Assembly (NCBI GenBank): GCA_010909165.1
Contig: MU008176.1
Location: 1,046,856 to 1,110,855 of the forward strand
DNA: 64,000 bases
Origin: Anthoceros angustus
Taxonomy: Eukaryota > Plantae > Anthocerotophyta
Direction of reading: 5' to 3'
Positions 38,844 through 51,900 of this stretch are shown one piece after another. The position numbers and the translations under genes are program-made. Positions within the stretch are counted from its first letter, which is position 1; each line of letters opens with the position of its first letter. Under the pieces are notes generated by a model. That model did no database searches. It saw only the letters and a program-made list of their open reading frames with translations, and was not told the origin of the DNA.

Positions 38844-40520
38844 TCAAATATATTCAAGATTCGAGACTAGGGATCCGCATCGCTCGGTGTCTATGTTTGA
38901 CATTAACACATGGGTTGCGGACTGTTTGTTTTCCAACTTCATTCCTCGGTTGAAAGCATGGCGTGCAACCTGAACATTGCCCCACTGCTGTCGACAAACA
39001 GCCGATAGAGTTTGCCAAACTGCAGGCTTGGGTTGAGCAGGCAACTCATTCCCCACAACTGCAATGTTCAGAGCTTATAGTGGTTCGGAAAAACGCTCTC
39101 TCTACATTGAAGTGAGGATTAGATGAATGCCGAGTATGTTTGAGGCATCTATCACCACATAGCTTGGAACCAAGACTGTTTCTATCTTTGGGCTCACAGG
39201 GTCTGGGCCCCTCTCACGCTTGACCTATGAACAAGGTGTTTAAGGGTGTCTGCAGAGACAGGAATAGAGGGATCCGGGATGAAGTTTCCATCTCTTTCAT
39301 CGGGTATGGTAAACTGGCATGCATCTTCCAGTTCACCACATTTTGCAAATCCACCACGGATGCCCACCACTACATTAACTAGCAATCCTCTTCGACAATG
39401 CAGGAGCATGCCCTTGTAAGGCACCGTTTGAACAGGCCTTGGCAAGCAAAGTAAAATGGTCAGCCAAAAGCGTCCTCCTCCATTTGTCCATACATAACAA
39501 GCGCCTCTTGGCGAGCCCTTGCCTACCCAGTGAGGCATTCCAAGTCAAAACATCTTTTGTGTTCATGTCAAAAACCGGGCATCTTCTAGTTTACCACATT
39601 TCACATACATGTCCACAAGGTTGCCCACCACCACGTCACCGCCTCTTCGACAACTGAGTGCATCACCGCCCTTCTCAGAAGGCATCGGTGCTTCCACAAG
39701 CCTTCGAAGGCAAGTAACATGGTTAGCCAAAAGCAAGCCCTCTTGTCGATTTGTCCAAGCCCTTGTGCCTACCCTACCGAGGGCATTCCAAGTCAAAACA
39801 TCTTTTGTGTTCATGTCAAAAACCGGGCATCTTCTAGTTTACCACATTTCACATACATGTCCACAAGGCTTGCCCACCACTACGCCACCTCCTCTTCGAC
39901 AACTGAGTGCCTTCCAGAAGGCATCGGCTTCCACAAGCCTTCGAAGGCAAAGTAACATGGTTAGCCAAAAGCAAGCCCTCTTGCGCATTTGTCCAAGCCC
40001 TTGCATGTGTACCCGAATCGAGCATTCCATGTCACTACATCCTTTTCATGTCACAAAATCGGCGTGCATCTTTCGCCACATTTTGCATACGCAATCAAGA
40101 TCCATGTCACCACATCCTTTGTGGCCATGTCACAAAACTCAAGGCCCATTTTTGGTTCGCCACATTTTGCATACATGTCCACAAGGCTTGCCAACAAACA
40201 AGTTAGTAGGAATGCCACTGCACTACATCGCGGTGCACTTTTCTCGCCAGATTCTGTCGTGCAAATGCACAAGCTTGAAGGGCAGCTACAAAGACATGAG
40301 CATCGCCTTCACTCGACCTACCCATTTCATGGTACATGTATTGCCTCCCAGTTTCCGTAATTAGCATGTGCAGATTATGGAAAAACACATGAAGACATCC
40401 GGTTTGCCCACCCCGGTGAACCCATGGCCTCGCAGCCTACCTCCACATGCATACATGCGCATGATATGGTTCCCCACGTATGCACTCGTCTCGTACCCAA
40501 GTTTGGCGGAGATCATGAAT
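38844..40520 (-). pseudogene. PLS-class PPR gene with E domain, copy A (frameshifted)
   Basis: Motifs YVGNHIMRMYACGG, DAHVFVAALQACA, LVDMYVKCGKLEDA and DVLTWNA. E domain PAQPKPAVWQTL...QWGNVQVARHAF...SATHVLMSNI. No DYW domain. Confidence 0.85.
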
Positions 40521-40949
40521 TGACGCCCACAACCAAATCCTTCTTAGGCATACGCTTTAGTAGGTACAAGAGAGGAAATGGCAGACTACTCGCCACGATT
40601 CCAGTGGCTCCAACGGCATCGAAAGCTTCGACATAACGTGCTCACGTGCAGAATAACACCCATTGCCGATCCTGCACGCCTCCCGTGTTTAGGCTCATCC
40701 GGGAGGTGGACGGAAGGAGAGGTACCATGTCCCATCTGCAGATCCATGCACATGAGGTGCTCATCAACCCAAGTGGGTTAAACATGTTGCTTAAGACAAG
40801 ACTACCGACCCTTACGCCAAGTCGTGAAACGAGCGCTCTTCTTACCTCGTCTGTCCCACCACAGGCGGTGGTCCATAAAAATTCTGCCAAGTGTTCCCGC
40901 CTGCAACGACCGTAGCGGAAAACCCGTCCCTACCCACACTTTCAAGTGT

Positions 40950-42050
40950 TGGGCTCACAGGTCATGGGCCCCTCAGCTTGACCTATGAACAAGGTGTTTA
41001 AGGGGTCTGCAGAGAGGCATAGAGGGATCCGGGATGAAGTTTCCATCTCTTTCACGGGTATGGTAAACTGGCATGCATCTTCCAGTTCACCACATTTTGC
41101 AAGCAGTCCACCATGCCCACCACTACATTAACTAGCAATCCTCTTTCGACAACTGAGTGCATGCATGCCCTTGTAAGGCACCGGTGCTTGAACAGCCTTT
41201 AAGGCAAGCAAAAAAAATGGTCAGCCAAGTCCGCCTCCTCCATTTGTCCATACATAACAAGCGCCTCTTGGCGAGCCCTTCTTGTGCCTACCCAGTCAGA
41301 GGGCATTCCAAGTCAAAACATCTTTTGTGTTCATCTTTGTCAAAAAACTCGGGCATCTTCTAGTTTACCACATTTCACATACATGTCCACAAGGCTTGCC
41401 CACCACTCACGCCGGTCCTCTTCGACAATGATATGCACGCCTTATACAGAGGCATCGGTGCTTCCACAAGCCTTGAAGCAAAGTAACATGGTTAGCCAAA
41501 AGCAAGCCCTCTTGCGCATTTGTCCAAGCCCTTGCATGTGTACCCAATCGAGCATTCCATGTCACTACATCCTTTTGTTCATCTTTGTCAAAATCTGGCG
41601 TGCATCTTTCGATTCGCCACATTTTGCATACAGCAATCAGATCCATGTCACCACATCCTTTGTGGCCATCATCAAAAACCGTCCATTTTTGGTTCGCCAC
41701 ATTTTGCATACATGTCCACAAGGTTCCAACAAACAAGTTAGTAGGAATGCCACTGCACTACATCGCGGTGCACTTTTGCGATTCGGTCGGCAAATGCACA
41801 AGCTTGAAGGGCAGCTACAAAGACATGAGCATCGGCTTCACTCGACCTACCCATTTCATGATGCAGTTGTATTGCCTCCCAGTTTCCGTAATTAGCATGT
41901 GCGAGATTATGGAAAAACACATGAAGACATCCTGGTTTGCCCACCGTGAACCCATGGCCTCCTGACCTACCTCCACATGCATACATGCGCATGATATGGT
42001 TCCCCACGTATGCACTCGTCTGTACCCAAGTTTGGCGGTGAGATCATGAA
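40950..42050 (-). pseudogene. PLS-class PPR gene fragment, copy B (no E domain)
   Basis: Colinear with 39190-40520 and carrying the same motifs; one PLS triplet shorter than copy A. Confidence 0.85.
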
Positions 42051-42529
42051 TTCGACCCCACAACCAAATCCTTCTTAGTGTACAGTTTTGTACATGTACA
42101 ATAGAGGCGAAATGGCGGACTACTGTCCGCCCCGATTCCAGGCTCCAACGGCATCGAGCTTCCCTCGACGCCGCGTGCTCACGGTAGCAGAACAACACCC
42201 ATTGCCGATCCTGCACGCCTCCCGGTTTAGGCTCATCCGGGAGGTGGACGCGGAGAGGTACCATGTCCCATCTGCAGATCCATGCACATGAGGTGCTCAT
42301 CAACCCAAGTGGGTTAAACATGTTGCTTAAGCCGACACCTCGCCGGACCCCTTACGCCGGAAGTCGGAAAGCGCTCTTCTTACCTCGTCTGTTGTCCCAC
42401 CAGGGCGGGGTCCACAAAAATTGCTGCAAGTGCTCTCACAGCAAGTAGTAGGTGGAAAACCCGTCCCTACCCACACTTTCTAAGTGTTGGGCTCCTTACA
42501 CCTGCACTGAGGCTTTGCTTGCAGGAGTT

Positions 42530-43300
42530 GACTTGGCCGAGCCCTTCTGTGCCTACCCAGTCCGAGGGCATTCCAAGTCAAAACATCTTTTGTGTTCATG
42601 TCACAAAACGGCGGCATCTTCTAGTTTACCACATTTCACATACATGTCCACAAGGCGCTTGCCCACCACTACGCCCCGCCTCTTTCGACAACTGAGTGCT
42701 GCCGCCTTATACAGAAGGCATCGGTGCTTCCACAAGCCTTGAAGGCAAAGTAACATGGTTAGCCAAAAGCAAGCCCTCTTGCGCATTTGTCCAAGCCCTT
42801 GCATGTGTACCCAAGAATCGAGCATTCCATGTCACTACATCCTTTTGTTCATCTTGTCAAAATCCGTGCATCTTTCGCCGCATTTTGCATACACGGCAAT
42901 CAAGACATGTCACCACATCCTTTGTGGCCATGTTGTCAAAAACTCAAGGCCCATTTTTGGTTCGCCACATTTTGCATACATGTCCACAAGGCAACACAAC
43001 AAGTTAGTAGGAATGCCACGACTACATCGTGCACTTTTCTCGCCAGATGTGTCGGCAAATGCACAAGCTTGAAGGCGCTACAAAGACATGAGCATCGCCA
43101 CTCGACCTACCCATTTCATGATGTATTGCCTCCCGTGAATTAGTAGCAGAGATTATGGAAAAACACATGAAGACATCCGGTTTGCCCACCCCGGTGAACC
43201 CATGGCCTCGCAGCCTACCTCCACATGCATACATGCGCATGATATGGTTCCCCACGATGCACTGCCCACCCAAGTTTGGAGATCATGAATTGACGCCCAC
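42530..43300 (-). pseudogene. PLS-class PPR gene fragment, copy C (3'-truncated)
   Basis: Colinear with the 5' part of copies A and B; lacks the terminal motifs. Confidence 0.8.
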
Positions 43301-45949
43301 AACCAAATCCTTCTTAGTACATACAGTACAAAGGTACAATGAGACGGAAATGGCGACTGCTCGCCACGATTCCAGGCTCCAACGATAAAGCTTCCCTCGA
43401 CATAACGTGCTCACTAATGAAGAATAACACCCATTGCCGATCCTGCACGCCTCCCGGTTTAGGCTCATCCGGGAGGTGGACGGAAGGAGAGGTACCATGT
43501 CCCATCTGCAGATCCATGCACATGAGGTGCTCATCAACCCAAGTGGGTTAAACATGTTGCTTACACAAGACCGGGACCCCTTACGCCAAGTCGTGAAAGC
43601 TCTTCTTACTGTTGTCCCACCACAGGTGGTCCACAAAAATTCTGCCGCAAGTGCTCCCTCCTGCAACAGTAGCCGGAAAACCCGTCCCTACCCACACTTT
43701 CTAAGTCTTGGGCTCACACCGCCGCACTGGAGGCTTTGCTTGCGAGGAGTTCCTTCGAGGTTAGCAGAGCCCCTCATAGAATCCTGGACACACACCAAGC
43801 TGAGCTCACTTCCACGGTCCACCACCGAAAGACTCGAATTTATTAACAAGACAAGCAACCAACGACTGGGCTCACTTCTCCACAGCGATTCGCCCAATAC
43901 ATAAGTATGTAGCCAGAGGATCAGTCGAGTCGAGGGCTCAAAGCTAGAAGTGGTAGAGCGCAGAGCTTACCAGAAGGCTCGATGGTGGAGCTGCAGAGCT
44001 TACCAAGGCTCATGCACTGTGACTGAGTGAGCAGCGCAGATGCCGAAGGACCTGGATGGCTAGCATTGCTTCATTGCACGTCGAGATGAAATCACGAAGG
44101 ACCTTGGATGAAAGCTCAAGCGTCTCCGGCTTCTTCCACTTCTCCCCATCCGAATTAAAGATCCCATCTCCTAGCAAAGGTTCCAAAGTCTTCCCACATG
44201 AGGTGATGACTCATCAAATGTTTTCATTGACTACAACATAAAGCACAAACGTGTTGAATAGTCCCTTCACAATTTATTCTTTGGCGGTGGAGGTGGTGTG
44301 TACCTTGGGGTAGTTGGCCCTGGTAAGAAGAGGAGGAGGCGGCCTCACATATTGAGATGATTTTCCTCATTAAAGCTCCACACTAGGAAGGAGCACAAAC
44401 GTGTTGAATAGTCTAGACATTGGGTAGTTGGTCCCGAGAATTCGCTCACGGCGGGATCGGCTATAAGCAGTAGGTCCGGCCTCCCACCGGTTGAGAAGGT
44501 GAGGCTAGCTCCGGTGACCATGATATGTAGTATGTAACTCATACATCCTCTCAAAGTTGTAGTACATCTCAAACATTGAGCCAAAATGGCCAACACTGGA
44601 CCTTATGGCTTTGATCCATCCCGCCACCTTTTGAATCGAGCTTTTCATTGATCCAAGCTGGCTTAAGCATGTTGTTTAACCACAGGACACCACAAGACCT
44701 CACGGACCCCTTGTTGGAAGTCGAATGGGAGCTCTTCTTCTCTCGCCTATTGTCCCACCACATAGTACGGTCCGGAAAGACTTGTTGCCACAAGTGCTCC
44801 TGCCCTAGCACCTACCGGCATAGACTAGAAAACTGTCCCTACCCATACACCGAATGCATAATGCGCTAGTCGACATTGACTTTCATAGTACCCCACCGCC
44901 GCCTCCAAAGCTCACCGACTGCACCCGGCCAGCGACCGACTTCCACGACAAGCACCTGCGAGCCTCACAGGCCCGATCGCACCTTGGTGAGCTCTAACTT
45001 GAAGGCCTCTTGCATCTCCCACAGGACGGCATTGGCCAGTGCGAAACCAGAATCTTAAGGTGGGTTGAAGCCCGCCACAACAATGCAACAACAGCCCACA
45101 AAAACACACCCCATATTGAAGCACAACATTTGGCAGCCGTAAGTAGAGGCAAGTTCAATTCTTCGCGGGAATGTCACCGTTCAGATTTGGTACTTCTGTT
45201 CGTGAAAGACGAGATGTGACGGGCTGCAAGGAACTCGTCTTACCAAGCAGCTGTAGTTGCCATGTTTTTGTGACAATGTCGTCCTTGTCACGCAGTTTGT
45301 CCGACCTCTGGAAAGCGGAGAAAATGAAGCTAAGCAAGTCACCAAGGAAACTCATCGAGGGTATTCGCTCAAACCGAATTTACGTGATCCGTGCATCTGT
45401 TTCGCTCGATAAGCTTTCTCCGAGCTCATCGATGAAGGTTCACTAGTTCATATGAAGATACTACTGTTGGATACGCAGAACCCGATCTTGCTGTGGCCAT
45501 CTTTAACCTCCGGTGGTTGCTGCGGACCAAAGAAAGAAGAATTATATCACTCTCTTCCCGGAAATCATCAACGCGTCGACTGGGAACTCCCTTGGAGGCT
45601 TGACTTTGCTCTTCTTCCTCTCCATAGTCTCATCAAGGCACGTGCAACAATCAGAAGATTGTTGAAAAGCTAGGTGGCGAAAGTTTGCGCCACCTAGCTT
45701 CAATACGTGAGTCGAGAGTTCTAATCTCGTGCACCTAGATATGATCCAAAATGCAGACACATCTCCAAGCATTAGACAATGTATCAATCGTCATTCTGCA
45801 TTGGACCCCAAATGCTCCGAGGTTTGAGGTTAGCGGTCTTGAAAGTTGCCCCACTATCAACAAGCAGATAGAGTTTGCCAAATTCGGGCTTGGGTCCAAC
45901 AGCCAACTCATTCCCCACAACAACGCGTTAACTTATAGTGGTTCGGAAA

Positions 45950-48200
45950 GAACGTCAATCTCTCTGCATTGAAGTGAGGGATTAGATGGACAGCTCTGAG
46001 TATGTGAAGCATCTATCACCGATAGCTTGGAACCCAAGACGGCCGTTTATGCTGCCTCCGAGCTTCGTTCGAGATGCCCACACTAGTTCCTTGCATTGGA
46101 CCAATCTATTCGATGCATTCTCAGGAACTTCTTGGTAAAGTCGCACAAAGCATAATTTTCGCTCCACAACCTCATCTTCCCCCAAGGCACTATTGCACAC
46201 AAACATCAGTCTAAGCTGCCCATACCAAGTTATTGGATCCGATCCAGCTGCCTCCATCTGTAAAGCCACATCACTAAACCATGGCCTGCCAAAGAAATCT
46301 TGTGTTGCATGCACATACATAGGCCAGGATCCAAACCGATCACACACTCCAGCAGGTATCGCCATGGCTTTCTTGACTACAATTTCAGTCACTTCATCAA
46401 GCCCTTGGTCCCTTAGATGTGCATGTTGGAATTCAGCTCTCACCTCAGGCTGGCCATCTAAGAACTTCCTGACCTTGTTAGTCAATTGAGTAGAATCACT
46501 TGGGAGATAGAGTTTAGTCAATTGGAAGTGACACATCGATGTCCTGCTAAACACATTCTTACCCGTTCGGACAGCTTCATCCAAAGCAGTGTCATCTGAC
46601 TCCTCTTCAACTTCAAACCCCTCTCTCTGGTGAGTTTGTCTTCTTAAAGCTATTAGTCGTTGCTGGTGATGGACAAGATGAGCTGCAACATTTCTCCGAT
46701 TGGATGCTCTATAAGGGATCTTCATAAGAGCAATATGCATCTTCTCAAACATATTGGTATTAAATTCCCATGCTAGTCCCGACCTTCTAATTGCATCACT
46801 AAAATGTGACATCAAATGCACCTTGAGTATTCCAAACTCAGATTTACGCGATTACTCATATGCAACTTCAAAAATCCACCAAATCTACCATGAGTCATCC
46901 ACTTCTTGCGCTTGCCTCATGTGATGAACTCCGAGAGCAAGTTGTACCATGACAAAAACTTCACAAACACCTTAACTATCGTGTTGGGATACACACCAAG
47001 CAGAAGACAACAACTTGCATCATCGCTCTATGTTCAAATGCGCGAAATTAGCCTGTGATGAGAAATACCCTTCTTTGTCATTACCTAGTAGTCTGAACTC
47101 GGCATATCTGTGGTTTGTTGCAATGAATTGTAATCGTCGATCCATTTCTTTCAATGGCTTTCTACTCGGGCAAATGTTGCTCAAGCGGGTTCCTCACCAT
47201 TTCCACAAGGATTCCTACCATGCGCTTGAAAAGACTGCCACTTTGATGTAAAAGATCCGGGTGGATAGAAAGGTATGGATTTCCCAACTCATCAATCCGC
47301 CATTGAATCCCCAAAGAGCACACTCCACGCATATAATGACCAACGTTCGAGGTGATCATTCTCCTGCATTTGGTTGCATTCGTATCTCGTCATAAATCAC
47401 TTCATATGCATCTCTCGTCTCATGACTCACGGACTTGCACCATGCTCGCCTGCTTTCTTCACAAGACAAATCTGCAGGCCTTTGACACTTGTTAGAACCA
47501 TATGTGCAAGTAACCTTGCAGCCCTCAAACTATCACAAATATATAAGTATATCATTGGAAATACCCATTGCTTGTCTCCCAAGGATCATCCATTTCCAAT
47601 CACTGTATAGGAAGCATCTTTTACAGTTTGAGAATGATCTCCAAGCAACGTTGAAAGGCCTTTAACTTCCTCCTTGCACTTTGCCCCGAACTTGTATGTA
47701 TCTCGGATGGTATGATTGGTAAGAGGGCTAGAAGAGCATGCCCTTCCGGCCTCGGCCTCGAGCTCACATTTGATATTGCCGAGACTCATCATCAAAGGAT
47801 GACCACAATAGTCTGTCATTGGATAAACTAGTCGATCGAATATAAAATCACCCCGCCACAACTCCACCTTCACACTTGCTATCAACTAGACTCATATGGA
47901 TTTCCACCACTTCCGATCCGGTGTGGTGTAAGTCTCGCTAGCTTCAATTTGAGTCCGTATAAAACCTTCCCTATTGGTGAAGCCCCAAATAGTTCCCTCA
48001 ATACTTCACTCGAATCTCGATATGCAATGTGAGTGTATTGTCTCGGGTTCATTCACTAAAACCTCATGCCATCCATCTGTGAGCACGCCAAAGAAGCCTC
48101 ATACTTTCTCACATGTAGCACTTTTGAAGGTCCTCCGGCTTGAGCGAAGGATGAGACAAAGACTTGAACCAAGCGAGCATTTATATCTCGATTAGACAAT
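45950..48200 (-). mobile_element. Plavaka-type (PF18759-like) DNA transposase, frameshifted
   Basis: Ordered motifs: YPMTDYCGHPLMMSLGNI (~47.8 kb); VFPMIYLYICDS (~47.55 kb); NPYLSIHPDLLHQ..LFK (~47.25 kb); IDRRLQF; HFSDAIRRSGLAWEFNTNMFEKMHIALMKIPYRASNRR (~46.75 kb); FFGRPWFSDVAL; LRAVHLIPHF..FFPNHY (end). They match the recalled Plavaka motif order. Confidence 0.75.
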
Positions 48201-48230
48201 CCTGCACCATTTCTACAATTGCGTAAGAAA

Positions 48231-48912
48231 TGTCTTTGTGGCGCGACTTTCACCGATGGCCAGCCGCGCGCACAATCCGTGTCGTTGTAGGAAGAGTCGT
48301 TCCCAAAGGAATAGCGAGCTCCGTTTACGGCGTTGAGGCGATTCTCGTCTTACTGCGTCCGTTCGGTTCCAACGCACACACTCCTCGATTCACGTCTAAC
48401 TACTCGCGACAAACACGCGCGGGCCGGTATGGCCAAGCGTTTAAGGACCCGTTCGCGTCCGTATCGTTCACGTTAAATCACTCACACACCTCGTCCGTTC
48501 CTCTCTCCTCACACACTTATCGGTCTTAGGGAAAGGCGCGGGTTACGATCCGGACCTCCTCCGTCGTTCAGGGCCTCTCCGTCCGGGCTCTGCCGCCCTC
48601 CGAGTCCCTCCGGCTCACGTTCGGTCCGTTCGGCGCGGGCGCGGCTGCAGGCGAGCACGGGTCCCCGATCACCCTCCCACACACCACAACACGTTAGGTC
48701 CGTCACGGGACCACGATCAATCTCCGGGCGCCGTGCACCTTTCGGTGACTCGGGACTCACGTTAGCAAGAAGACACACAAAGGTGCGCAGAGCAGCATCA
48801 ACACCAAGAGAAAGATGATTTATTGAGGCGGTGACCCTCTTATACTACGCCCGGTCGGCGTCTTTATTACCCCTATTACGGTGATCGGTATGCCCTAATC
48901 GGCCGCCTACCA
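48231..48912 (-). mobile_element. 3' LTR of a minus-strand retroelement
   Basis: TG...CA ends. The minus strand contains TATA-like GTATAAGAG and AATAAA. It is directly preceded on the minus strand by a polypurine tract (48913-48934, AGGAGATAGGGGAGGAATAGGA). The left end is uncertain (48231 or 48239). Confidence 0.6.
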
Positions 48913-48939
48913 TCCTATTCCTCCCCTATCTCCTTCGCG

Positions 48940-51900
48940 GCGGTGGTGGGAAGGTCCGGGTTCCGCCTTGGGATTGGTGGTCCAATCTCCCGTCGGCGAT
49001 TGCGGCGCGCAATCGGATGATCGCGGTAGACCCCTCCTCTCCGGAATCACAGCCGGGTTGGGCTCGGCGTGATGCGGCGACCGCCGTTACCACGTCATCC
49101 TCCCAGCCTCCCGTGGGTCCCCTCGGTGGGGCCACCGTCTATCCTCCCCTAAGCGTAAGTCGAAGGGGCTCCTCCTTCTTGCGAGTCCGGACCTCGAGGT
49201 CGGTCTCGACTCGGTCACGAACTCCGAGTCAGGCTTATTTCTGAGTCCGGTGGGTCGGCCTCGTCTCTGAGGTTCGGACCTCGGGGTCCGAACTTGTCTG
49301 GTCCGGTCCCCAAGCTCCGGACCCCTTATCTGTGGACCTCGTACTGCTAGGTCCTCCTCCCTACCCCCCGACCCTTGTCTTGGGTCGGGTTGGCTCCCTC
49401 CTTCTGCACCCCTTTCAGGCCCGTCACCTCCCTTCTCCTGAGCGGGTTGCGGTGAACTTACCCTGGGGTCCGTTGCGTCTCGCTCCTCTTGGGGCTCTTC
49501 TCCCCTGCCGTCGTCTCCAAACAGGGCCCCTAGAGTCCTGTCTTTGTCCCATGCCCTTCTTCCCCTCAAGGCCTTCCGGGGTCCGTCTATTTGGCGGGGA
49601 GGCCTCTCCTGGGGCTCGGCGTGGTAATAGGCAAAGTCGAATCCACTTGTTGGATTGCCTCTTCCACGTGTGCGGGCACCGATACTCCCTTCGCCATAGG
49701 TGCTCAGGTCTTTGCCGCTTGTTGGACCACCTCCCCGGGTTTGATAGGCGGGCAGGCTGCTTCTTGGTGCAAAGGCGCCTCGGTCACCTCCATGGCATTT
49801 GTTGCTCCACTGCTCCAACTCCCTTGCTTCCGTTCGCTGCGACTTACCAGCCATAGCGGCGTTCCCCTTCGCCTTCCTCAATGGACCAGCGGCTTCTTAT
49901 GCCTTCCGGTGCTCTCTCTCTTGTCCATTACATTAACTCCGCCATCTCCCTCTCAGACGGTCGGGCAACTGCGGTGCGGGCTTCGCCAGGCCCTTCTCCA
50001 TCTCGGCGGCGTCCTGCTCCTGTTCCATCGCGTCTCGCTCCTCTTGAGGCGGGCGCTCTATTTCCGTTCGCGTTCGCGACCATGTCCTGAGACTACCATT
50101 CCTCTCAATGGTAGTTTGAAGACTCAAAGTCTCCTTGCGGTCTTCCATCTCACCCATTTCTTTGCTCCACCTCCGGGCTGAGTCGGAGATCCTCCATCTC
50201 CTTGTCGCGAACTTCACAGGCTGGGCGGTCGCGCTTGCTCCGCCACCTCCTGCTCCATCTTGAGGCGGGCGCTCTATCTCCGCTCGAAGTCTTGGATTCT
50301 CGTTGAGAACCCCTTGCTCCCAGCGTCTTGGGTTGTAACTCCAAGGTGTCCTTCTTGTCCTCCGCTCCTGCCGCCTCCCTTCTACCTCCTGCAGTGCGCC
50401 ACAGGGTCCCCGATTTCCGGGTCTTGGCCTCAGTGTTTCTGCGGCTCGTCGTGCTTGCTCTTGCCGCTGCTCGGCCTTGATTGGCGTGGCCGGCCTCCCT
50501 CCACGGTTCGATCACGCGATAGTGATCGCGATCGCTGCGTGGCCCCGCCTCCTTGGCCACCTTCACAGCCTCTCGGCTTGGCTCTGGTCTGGTCGGCGCC
50601 TCCGCGGTCCGCGCCCGCTCTGCGCCCCCTCTTCGCCTCCTGTTCGCTACCCCTCACTGCGAGGTCCTCGGCCCGCTTGGCCTCCTTAGCTGCTTGTGCT
50701 CCTCCGGTGAAGGAATTTAGTCCGGTCCTTGCGGATGGACGGACTTCCCCTCTCGGCCTCCGGCGTTTCCCTTCCTCAATCGGCCGAGGCTTGACCTTCC
50801 TTCTGCCTCCTGGGCCCCTCCAGCTCACGGAGGAGTACCATGCGCCTCGGGTGGCTTCTACCTCCACAGGTCTTCTCGGCCATCCCGAGACCCCAAATCC
50901 ACCAGTGGCAGGACCCGCCGTGTTTCTTCCACGGCCGAGTGAGGCTCCCACAAAGTCCGTGGCGGAGCCGGCATTTCCATCGCCGAGGACCTCCATACCC
51001 GCTGTCGGGAGTAAGTCGGTGGGTTCTCCGGACCTAATCGGGACCCTTAGGTCACGAGTCTTTGACTCGGGCTTCACCCTCCTTGGCCCTTTTGGCGCGA
51101 GCTCCTTCTCCGCCCTTTTCTCCAGGGCTCGGAGGAGGTGAGGTCGGGGCAAGCCCTTTGCCCCTTCACAGTCGGCAGGCCGGCTCAGTGCAGGCTGTGT
51201 CCTCCACTCCTGGCGGCGTCCCTTTACGCCCTCCTTCGCTTCCTCCGCTTCTTGCCACTCAGGTAGGCGGGGGTAAAGTCTTGGCACCGTCGAGGTGCAG
51301 CGTTGGTAAGTGGTCTTGCGTCTCTTGGTTCCCTCACAGTCGGCGGGGCTCCTGGTGTGGTTGTGGTGGTGGCGGGGCTATTGGGTCGGGCCGCCTTCTG
51401 TTTGGTGCTCGGTTGGGGCACGGGAGGAGGCGGGATTTCCTTCCATACTTCCACAGGTGGTGAGGGGTCCGTTCACGTATAGTCGAATTCCCTCGATCGT
51501 CCTCCTCCGGGTCCGTTTGGCCTTGAGTCGGCCTCCCCTCGGGCGCCCTTGCCGCTCCACTTCGGCGGGGCCTCGGTCCTTTCGGGCGCCGCTCAAGCTC
51601 TCCCTCCTTGAGGCTCGAAATGTCCCCATACATGGATCGGTATGGGGCGGCCCAGTGCGAGGCTTCTCGGTCTGAGCTTGCGGGCCTCGCTAAGGCGAAG
51701 ATAATCCTTCCCAGTCCGCCCTCTTCCCATTGCGGCGCATGCGAGAATACCAGCAGTTATCACCAAGGTGATCCACCTTGGTGGCGAGTTCAATGGACAA
51801 TGATCCGGCTACCGCCCTTACTCGGATCCGGCGGGTGGGGATATCCGTTGGTGGTCCTCTGCGTCGAGCCTCGGCCGCCGCGGCATTGCGGCCCTATCTT

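Larger units (their letters stand above)
40520..43715. repeat. Non-PPR ~420-bp block repeated between PPR copies (~40520-40945, ~42050-42495, ~43300-43715; diverged homolog ~44640-44850)
   Basis: GGTACCATGTCCCATCTGCAGATCCATGCACATGAGGTGCTCATCAACCCAAGTGGGTTAAACATG occurs three times. The minus-strand frame reads HRLWWD...KPTWVDE, similar to MWWDNRREKK...KPAWINE at 44.7 kb. Confidence 0.8.

Noticed and set aside
38600-38870. DYW deaminase domain after the PPR E domain
   Set aside because: The ORF stops shortly after the E motif and runs into AT-rich repeats; no HxE or CxxC motif seen.
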